A stretch of 32,000 bases of DNA from Paramicrosporidium saccamoebae KSL3 (lineage: Eukaryota; Fungi; Cryptomycota). The notes beneath the pieces were generated by a model. That model ran no database searches, was not told the DNA's origin, and worked only from the letters and a program-made list of their open reading frames with translations. Made by a program: the position numbers and the translations under genes. Location: NCBI GenBank assembly GCA_002794465.1, contig MTSL01000065.1, positions 50,450 through 82,449 on the forward strand. Direction: 5' to 3'. Positions 18,929 through 27,350 of this stretch are shown here, piece after piece; the first letter of the stretch is position 1, and the number at the start of each line of letters is the position of its first letter.

Positions 18929-19666
18929 ATGAAGAGCCATGGAGAAAACTGTGCAAACAGGAGTTTAAATGAGGGAAACGGTGGTTCCGTGTCCCTTGCT
19001 AGCTTACTGAATCCGATACCAACAAGGGCAGAGCTGGACCGAGACGCCTTGGTTAATGACGCTGTGGCCGGTCTCCTCCGTAGTGGCAGAGATTTTTCTC
19101 GCGTCCAAACCGGCCATCCCCTCTCGAGAGAGTCTGAGGAGTCAAGCTGCACACTTAAAAGCGACCGAACAGTCCCCACACAGGCGCTGCCGTCCATCCG
19201 GTCTGTGTTTGGTATGACGTCACGCCCCCTCATTTGTTTAGGCCGCTTTGAAGCCGCGAAAACGGCCGGCCCACTGCCTGACGTGAGTTTAACTCAGAGA
19301 TATTTTGAACCATACGCCCGACCAATGCACGTGGCTATCACTCCCAACCGTCGGGAGGCAGGACACTGCATTCTGCCTTCTGGGCCGGTGCCTGATGTCA
19401 CTAGGTCCTTCCGTCGCTGCACCAATTGCGGGACCCAAGACACGCCTAGTTGGCGTCGCTGCGGTCCTGAAAACATTCTGCTTTGCAACGCCTGTGGTCT
19501 GTACTACAACGAGCACCGACGACACCGTCCGTTCCGGGTCGGTCAGGACGGTCGTACCAAGGCCTTGCGGGTCCGCGCAAAGAAGACGCAGCCTTGTACC
19601 AAGTGTGGATGCGAAATTCCAGCGGGAAAGCCGTCGCTTTGTCGACTGTGCTGCCTGTACATATAG
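18929..19666 (+). CDS. GATA zinc-finger transcription factor with an extra C-terminal CxxC..CxxC motif; possible upstream exon
   Basis: CTNCGTQDTPSWRR...LLCNACGLY. A 35-nt GT-AG segment at 18885-18919 joins an upstream open frame in phase, but no in-frame ATG was found for it. Confidence 0.85.
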   Translation: MKSHGENCANRSLNEGNGGSVSLASLLNPIPTRAELDRDALVNDAVAGLLRSGRDFSRVQTGHPLSRESEESSCTLKSDRTVPTQALPSIRSVFGMTSRPLICLGRFEAAKTAGPLPDVSLTQRYFEPYARPMHVAITPNRREAGHCILPSGPVPDVTRSFRRCTNCGTQDTPSWRRCGPENILLCNACGLYYNEHRRHRPFRVGQDGRTKALRVRAKKTQPCTKCGCEIPAGKPSLCRLCCLYI

Positions 19667-19814
19667 TGTGGGACGTTTTGGTTAAATAAAGTGAGTTTTT
19701 GATTGGCATCTTAGGCCACTGGCGAGTAGAAATTCGTTTAGCAAGTCACCTGATCTCGGCTGGCCGTTATATCGTCGCTTCCCGTCCTCCCATTGGTCCC
19801 AGTCATTAAAAGCC

Positions 19815-21141
19815 ATGAAACCTTTGGGTTTTGCCGTACAGCCCAATACCGTCTTCCTCATAGTCCTAGACGCCGCTGCCAAAAAGGCCGCGCACAGAAC
19901 TAGACGAGCTTGTCGACCAGGCTAAAGAAGCCGACATTCTTGATAGCGCAAATTATGAAAGGTATGTCAAGCGGCTGGAGGCTGCTCAAATTGCCAATGT
20001 TGAAGCCCGTCGTCAGCACTTGGACGAGCCCAACAAGTTTTTTGAATCTGAAATGGCCGTCTATGCATTGGCAGTGCAGTTTGGTGCTGCTGCAACGGAT
20101 ATGGGGTTATTGGAGAAGACTACAGAAGACGTCCCGTTTCTAACGATTCTCCTATCACTATTTGGGCATCCTAATGACGACATTTCAGAAGTGTCGTTGC
20201 GTGTCATTTACGAAATTATGGACAGCACTCCCACCAGCCGCGCCTCTGCCAGCATCATCTACGTGTTCATCTCAAAGCTGGTCGCTTTGGGCATATTTGG
20301 TGTCCTTCTGGATGCAATTGTCGAATTAGGCCTTGACGACGAAGAAGGCATAGAGAAAGCAGGCTTCCTGCTGGAGCTGGTGGAGCATCTCTTGGCTTGG
20401 ATTGATCCCGAAGCGGCACCAACCGAAGCGCTAGTTGAAGGATGGTCTATATGGCTCATGGACGCCGTCTTGGCATCAACAAGAATGGCTTTGCATGCGT
20501 CTGAAATTCTGGTTGAATTGTTGACAACATATCGCGATATCCGGATTCGTCTGTTAACCAACGACAATATGTCGCAGCTTCTCAGTCTTCTACAGGAACA
20601 AAGCGCCGTGGCTGACCAGCTCAATTTATGCACTAACATTGCTGACATCATTTGTGCACTTCTCCTCGACGAGGCCGGGAAGCCCATATTCATTTCAGAG
20701 CTCGGATTTGAACTCTGCTTCTTTTTGATCCGTGAGACCAAGGCATGCAAATCGTTGGCCATTAAGATGATATCATTTGCACTCTCCGAATCAACCACTC
20801 AGCATGCGTGTACTGAATTTGTGAAACGGGGCGGTCTAAAGTACATTTTCCCCCTCTTTATGACGGCAAAGTCCGAAGATTACAAGGATGAAGAGTACTT
20901 GTGTGGTGCTTTAGCCGCGCTGTTCCGGTCGAGCGACGGCTATACAGAACGACTGGTTGCCAAATTCACTGAAAATGATGGCGAAAAGAAGGATAGATTA
21001 GTGAACCTCATCAAGTCACAAGACAATGAGGCATTCTTGCAGCATTGCTGTACCATCGCAACTTGCTTGATGAAACATGGAATAGAGTTTCCCGACGTTG
21101 CGTCCATTATAGAAAAGCAAGCCGATACTTTTGTATTATAA
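19815..21141 (+). CDS. CTNNBL1: Beta-catenin-like protein 1 (PRP19/NTC spliceosome-associated); 2 exons (19815-19835, 19870-21141), 430 aa
   Basis: KRPR N-terminus; N.EARRQH.DEP.KFFESE; SLFGHPNDDIS; GGLKYIFPLFM; RLVAKFTEND.EK.DRL. Intron 19836-19869 is 34 nt. Confidence 0.85.
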
Positions 21142-21458
21142 AGAGATGATTACATTAGAGCTACTAAGCAGAAGCTATGGATTTGATAGAGGTGATTTTC
21201 AATAAATATTACTGAGGCGTGATAGACCACCAACTCCCGTTGATCATTACGATCTGATGTGATGGCGAGGCTTGCCTTATAAATGAGAGCATCATTTAAT
21301 AAAACCAGCTCTGTTGAATCTCGCACATGTACCATTAGCCGTCCACATTATTTACATGCTTCTAGTCATCTAAACGCTCTTCATTTGGGATCTGTAACGA
21401 GATGGCAATCTCGGCCCATGTCTCGTCAGTCGTACATATTTAATTAGTCGTCTATACT

Positions 21459-21641
21459 TGTGACGTAGAGGCGGAGGATTGATTAGTCAGGTATTTGAGG
21501 ATAGTTCCCTAGTTTGGAAAAGACCTAGTTGCTGGATATTTGAGGGCAGTGAGATGCGTATTCATACTATTCTAAGATTAGCAGTGACCAAACCCCTCTT
21601 CCCGCTTGACAGTCCATACTATTTATCCCCACTACGCGACA
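21459..21641. mobile_element. Family A solo-LTR-like element, copy 4 (183 bp)
   Basis: Starts TGTGACGTAG and ends CTACGCGACA (imperfect inverted termini, 8/10); flanks TACT and TAAT. Confidence 0.65.
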
Positions 21642-21676
21642 TAATGTTTACATATTTCTAGTTATCTAAAATCTCC

Positions 21677-23691
21677 TCACTTGGAGAATGGAACGAGATT
21701 GCGATCACGTACATATCTCATCAGTCGCACTACTGCATCTGGAGTCACACCTTCCATTCTTTTCAACACTGCGATACTCCGTGGTTGGACCTGCTTTAGT
21801 CTACTTCTCACCTCGTTTGAGAGGAATAGCATCCGATCGTAGTCCAGATTCTCGGCTAGCAGCATGTCATTTTCTCGCCTGTAGAGATTCATGTCACTCT
21901 CCTGAAACTTTGCCATGGTTTTGTAAAATTCGTCAACGTGCAGGCGTTCTACCAATCGATCGGGGAATGCAGCAATCTCTGGAAATATATGTCGTAGTTT
22001 GGGGAGTGGGAGATTGGGACGACGAATAATTTGGAGTCCATTCCTTACAACGCCATCCTCGCCAATATCCACGCCGCGTGTCCGCCATTCGTGTGGCGTA
22101 CAGGACACCTGTTCTAATTTTGCCCGTAACTGCTCTTCTAAATCGACGGTATGTTGGAAATGCCGCTTCCGGTCATCCGACACGATTCCGTGTTTTATAC
22201 CAATGGACGTAAGCCTTTTGTCGGCATTGTCCGCTCTAAGAGACAGACGGTATTCCGAACGACTTGTAAATATTCTATATGGCTCACTAACGCCCCGACT
22301 CGTGAGATCATCGATAAGAACGCCAATGTATGCGTCAGCCCGGTCCACCCTAATGGGTGCCTTTCCGAGCGCCAAGAGTCCTGCATTCGCGCCCGCAATT
22401 AGTCCCTACAAGATGAATCATCAAGTTTTCGTGGTACCTGGGCGGCGGCTTCCTCGTAACCGGTGGTTCCATTAATTTGACCAGCAAGAAACAGGCCCTT
22501 TACTTTTTTGGTTTCCAGCGTGGGGTTCAGTCCAGTCGGATCCACATAGTCATATTCCACCCCATATCCAGGCTGCACAATCTCTACATCTTTTAAGCCT
22601 GGGATTGTCCGCAAAATCTGCAACTGAAGATCCGCAGGCAGACTCATAGAAAGTCCATTGGGATATACAAGATTTGTGTCAAGTCCCTCGGGTTCTAGCC
22701 ACACCACATGTCCCTGTCGATCCCCAAACCTCAGTACCTTGGACTCGATAGACGGGCAATATCTTGGTCCCTTAATATCCTCTTTAATATGGATTGTCAT
22801 GTGCATGTTCTCTCGAATCAGATTGTGTGTTTCCGGCTGCGTCCTTGTCTGGTAACACTTTACCAACGCATCCAAATTAGTCACGCGATCATTGAGGAAG
22901 GAAAAAGGCACAGGCGGGTTGTCACTTGGCTGTTCGATCAGTCCATTATAATTGATGGTGCGACCATCAAGACGAGGTGGCGTGCCAGTGCGCAATCGGG
23001 AGACACAAAGCCCGAAACGTTTAAATGTCTGCGACAAGTCGGATGGTTCTTCGCCTCTTAATGGGACTTGCAAGGAATCGGATGGCGTTTTACCGTGCGT
23101 TTTTGATGGATCGGATAGATTACTACTATTGATCCGTCCACCGGGATAAGAGTCCAATCCAATATGCATTTCACCCCGCAAAAAGGTCCCCGTAGTGATT
23201 ACCACTGACAAAGTGGGAATTATCTGCCCATCCTCAAGTTCAATGCCCTTAATGCGAAATCCTCCATCAACTTGCTCATAAATCAGATCCTTCACTGAGC
23301 CTTTTCGAATCTCCAAATTCGGATACTTCCCCAAGCATTCTTGCATGTGCATTTTGTACAGCTTTCTATCAATCTGTGCTCTCGGTCCATGCACCGCCGG
23401 TCCTTTTGCTGCGTTCAGCATCCGAAAATGTATCCCTGCGGCATCACACACTCGAGGTGACACTCCGTCCAATGCATCAATCTCTTTTAGCAAAATTCCC
23501 TTCCCTACCCCGCCGAATGAGGGGTTGCACGACATTTCTCCTACAGTCTCCACACGCTGTGTCACCAGGAGTGTTTTTGCGCCCGCTCGAGCTGCGGCTG
23601 CACACGCCTCAGAGCCGGCGTGGCCACCTCCGATGACAACTGTATCAAATCTTTGGCTCGCATGGAAAAGCCGACGAAACCAGCGCCGCAT
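21677..23691 (-). CDS. MTO1: Mitochondrial tRNA U34 modification enzyme MTO1/GidA/MnmG; 2 exons (23691-22438, 22405-21677), 660 aa
   Basis: [55 protein letters not shown] across a 32-nt intron, TSRSEYRL; Arg-rich targeting peptide. Confidence 0.96.
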
Positions 23692-23973
23692 CAACGAAAA
23701 GATATTGTATCGGAATCTTTAAAATTCATAACAATTTCTGCAAGCCAACGTACTTCTCAACTCATCCTTGTTTCCCAACACTTTGATCTGGCCTAATAAT
23801 CTGCTGTCCCAATCGCACCACCGCCAAGGGCGCTCATAATGTCATGTCCGGTCCATATTTTCTGACTATTGCCCCTCCCGTATATTGGATTCCATGCTGT
23901 TCTGGATGTAACACCCAGTTACCGTGGTGTTGTAGCTCGGTTTTGGAAATAAAGTTCAGTTGTATTACTATTC

Positions 23974-24290
23974 TCACAGCTTGGGTAAGAGTGACTTTAA
24001 TCTGTAAATCTCATGTTCCAGCATTGCAATTCGTCGCTTGATTGCTGATACTTCGGAATTCATGATGGTAGGCACAAAGTGGGGCATCTCTGACATTGGC
24101 GGGCGATCCTGCGACCATCCTTGCGATTCTTCACTCTGTCGGGCGGCCTCCTCCGCTGGACTCAACATTAGGCTCCATAAATGAACCTTACCTTGTAAAG
24201 TGATGGATTGATTGGTTGATTCTTTACTGATAATGCGATAAACGGTGCGTGCGGAGTAATAGGTGGTAAATTGATTTGGCTACACATTAG
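23974..24290 (-). CDS. Possible small coiled-coil protein; exon structure unresolved
   Basis: The ORF ends NSEVSAIKRRIAMLEHEIYRLKSLLPKL. A GTAAGG...CTAAT...CAG segment at 24156-24191 (36 nt) would extend the frame to about 24280. No start was established. Confidence 0.35.
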
Positions 24291-24426
24291 CACAAGGATT
24301 TTGATTCTTTAAAAGTGGATAAATATGAATGAGTTTACGGTGATTTCTGCAAAATGCAGCAATATATCTAATGATCGTAAACTGAAAGTGCGACTGCATA
24401 ACTGCGTGAATATCCGAGGCCTATCC

Positions 24427-24592
24427 CATCGACTATATCTAAGGCTTATTCCAATTCCATCAACTACATCTAAGGCCTATTCCAATTCGATCGACTATAT
24501 ATAAGACTTATTCCAATTCCATCAACTACATCTAAGACTTATTCCAATCCCATCGACTATATCTAAGGTTTATTCCAAATCAATCAACTCTA
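24427..24592. repeat. 31-bp tandem repeat (5 full copies plus a partial) with alternating variants, giving a 62-bp higher-order unit
   Basis: Units start at 24427, 24458, 24489, 24520, 24551 and 24582. Odd units carry CGACTATAT and even units carry CAACTAC. Confidence 0.9.
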
Positions 24593-25554
24593 ATGACGCT
24601 GGATGTTCCGTTTCCCAGTGTCGCGCCATTACCATTTCTGCTCTCTTTACAGGATCCATCTTCCACTCGAATGAACGCGCTTCAATGCGGGCACGCATAG
24701 TCGGAACACTCTGGCCAGTCTTTGGATTATACCCAACATGTGGGAACATGCGCTTCTTCAAAAAGGAGCCATACACTGCCGAGGGCGGGTAAGATGTAAA
24801 GGGGTCAATGTTGTGCTCGGTGCGGAGCTTGTCGATGAGGGTGGCGAGGGTCATGCCGTGCAGCTTTCGGTGATCAAAGTGCTTGCAACCGATCATATTT
24901 ACTGCATTCCTCCTCCCATCATAGGCATGTCTCCAATAGATTGCTAAAGTCGTAAATGTCAACAATAATGATACCATCGGCAGCCATCATGTCAGTGGGA
25001 GCAGAGAACACCCGAGCATCAAACACTGCCGAGGATGAAGCAACTCTTGCTTTGACCGCCGTTCCCACCTCGGCTTCCGCTTCGGCTTGCTCCCAGTCCA
25101 TCTCTGAAATGTGCAGATTGAACCTTGCTGCTGCCCACCCCGCCATAACGCTCACAATCTTCTGTACTCTCCCCGCATATACAATATTCTTTGTCATCGG
25201 CTCGCCCGCAAAGACCAACGAAATCTCATCAGACTGACAAAACGCTGTCCTCGCTGAGCATTTCGCCAACAGGTCGCGTGTAGTCAGCAGCATGGCATGA
25301 GTAAGACGGGCGTCAAAGGGCTTGAGCAGTCCAGCAGTATAGTTGCGAAAGGCAACGCCGTCGAGACGGACTATGTATGGCTGGTTTGCTGGGAGAGACA
25401 TTTCGTAAGCCGATTGGAGGCTCTGAATGCGAGACGCCATGGCGTCAGCTTCATTGGGTATAGCAGAAAATGTGCGGCATTGTAAAACTTGGTCAATGCA
25501 GCGTCGTTTTGGGAAATACCGCATTACGAGCCAATCAAACACGCTGCGGGTCAT
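24570..25554 (-). CDS. Thg1-like protein (TLP clade 3'-5' RNA polymerase / tRNA-His guanylyltransferase) with putative mitochondrial presequence; intron 24944-24974
   Basis: Catalytic RLDG and QSDEISL; KPFD; GRVQKIVS; spliced DAIYWRH.YDGRRNAV.M...HFDHRKLHGM. These features resemble the TLP type more than bona fide eukaryotic Thg1. Confidence 0.85.
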
Positions 25555-25695
25555 TACAAATCGAGGATAGTCGAGTCATAATTTTGCTTGTCTGCAAAAT
25601 GTGGCATACTTGACGATCTACATCAAAGTGCTGGAATTGGCCTCTTGAGCCATAACAGGACTTGTACCACTGACGATAGCTCCAACCACCAGGGC

Positions 25696-27246
25696 ATGGA
25701 AGATTCGGTGGAGAGAAAGAAGACGATGCGGCTGCGTTTATTCAACATCCCATCTGTCTATGGCGTCTCTCAGGTGCGCAAGTTTGTCGCCAACCTCCTC
25801 AATATCCCACAGGATGCAGTGGTGTGCCGGAAGGGTCCGAAATGGTCACATGCTTTCCTATCGTTCCGTCCTGCAGGTGAACTAACCAGCGTCCCTGACC
25901 TGGAGGTGTATCGCAGCAAATTGGCAGGAGCAGAGTGGAAACGTGTTAAGCTTGATGCAAAGATGGAGGAGGCTGTTGCCGATCCGCTGGTGGTGGCACG
26001 GGCGAGAGAAGAGCCTCAAGAGCTAAAATGTCTCAATGACCAAGTGACGCCTCTGTGGAAGGTCCCATATGAGGAGCAGCTGGTGAGGAAGCACACCAAG
26101 CTGGAAGCCTTGTTGCGCAAAAATGTCAAGGTAGGCGACGATTTTTTGATGGAACCGATTAAGGCTTCTCCCATGACGACGGGGTATCGCAACAAGTGCG
26201 AATTCACCGTCGGCCATGACAAGAATGGTGTTCCAACAGTAGGCTTCCTTCTCGGTGCATACAAAGACGGAGTGGTAGCAGTCGAAAATGCCAAGGATAC
26301 TGTGCATATACCCGAGGTACTCAAAGCCCTTGCCGACCACCTAGAGTCGTACGTCAAAGACAGCGGACTTGCCATCTTTGACCGATCCACAAAGGAAGGA
26401 TTTTGGAGGTTAATGTTGGCTCGCCTCCACGACGGAGACGTAATGGCCGCTGTTCAAATAACCCCCACCGGCATGGAGACTAAAAGGGTGGCAGAGATTG
26501 TGGACTCTTTTGTGGTTTACATGAATTCTTTTACATTTGAGGGCACTTTTCCCCTAAAGAGTTTCTTTATTCAAGAGACTGCTGCTCTTCACCATGGCAT
26601 CGATCCCAAGGCGCCCTTTATGCTCAAGTCAGGTACCGAAACGATCACCCAAACGCTCTCCACACTCAAGTTTCGCATCTCTCCACACTCCTTCTTTCAA
26701 GTAAATCAGGCTGCCACGGATATTCTCTATTCGACCATCAAAGAATACGTCGTTGACTCGCTATCATCCAAAACCGTCCTGCTGGACTTGTGCTGCGGAA
26801 CGGGCACAATTGGAATGACCCTTGCTCCGCATGTGCAGCGGGTGGTGGGTGTGGAATTGGTACAGGATGCCATTAATGATGCAAAGGCAAATGCCCAACT
26901 CAATGGGATTGAGAATATCTCTTTCAGATGTGAGCGGGTAGAGGCGGCCATTGAAAAGGTTATTGAGGAAATACCCAAAGACCAGCCGATTGTAGTTGTC
27001 CTGGATCCGCCTCGCAATGGAGTCCACGTCTCAGTTATCAAGGCAGTACGTAAATGCAAACGGATTTGTCGGGTAGTCTTTGTATCGTGCAATCCGGTGG
27101 CTGCAGCCAACAACTTTGTGGATCTAACCCGCGATGAAACCAAAGGTATGGTGGGTGCTCCCTTTTCCATGCGACGAGCAGTTGCTGTGGATTTATTCCC
27201 CCAAACTGAACATTGTGAGTTAGTCCTCCAATTCCATAGAGATTAG
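25696..27246 (+). CDS. TRM2: tRNA (uracil-54-C5)-methyltransferase TRM2/TRMT2A
   Basis: RRM-like N-terminus, GYRNKCEF, FRISP.SFFQVN, LDLCCGTGTIG, VLDPPR.G and DLFPQTEHCE. First ATG at 25696. Confidence 0.93.
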   Translation: MEDSVERKKTMRLRLFNIPSVYGVSQVRKFVANLLNIPQDAVVCRKGPKWSHAFLSFRPAGELTSVPDLEVYRSKLAGAEWKRVKLDAKMEEAVADPLVVARAREEPQELKCLNDQVTPLWKVPYEEQLVRKHTKLEALLRKNVKVGDDFLMEPIKASPMTTGYRNKCEFTVGHDKNGVPTVGFLLGAYKDGVVAVENAKDTVHIPEVLKALADHLESYVKDSGLAIFDRSTKEGFWRLMLARLHDGDVMAAVQITPTGMETKRVAEIVDSFVVYMNSFTFEGTFPLKSFFIQETAALHHGIDPKAPFMLKSGTETITQTLSTLKFRISPHSFFQVNQAATDILYSTIKEYVVDSLSSKTVLLDLCCGTGTIGMTLAPHVQRVVGVELVQDAINDAKANAQLNGIENISFRCERVEAAIEKVIEEIPKDQPIVVVLDPPRNGVHVSVIKAVRKCKRICRVVFVSCNPVAAANNFVDLTRDETKGMVGAPFSMRRAVAVDLFPQTEHCELVLQFHRD

Positions 27247-27350
27247 TAAAATGACGTTACATAATTACCCTCTCCAATCCAGTCCAATCCCACCCCCAAC
27301 TCAACCCTCACTCCCATCATGTCGCACTGAATTGCATTTATTCGTCTACT

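Noticed and set aside
24427-24592. CRISPR array (31-bp repeat length)
   Set aside because: The units are directly adjacent with no unique spacers, there are no cas genes, and the context is eukaryotic.
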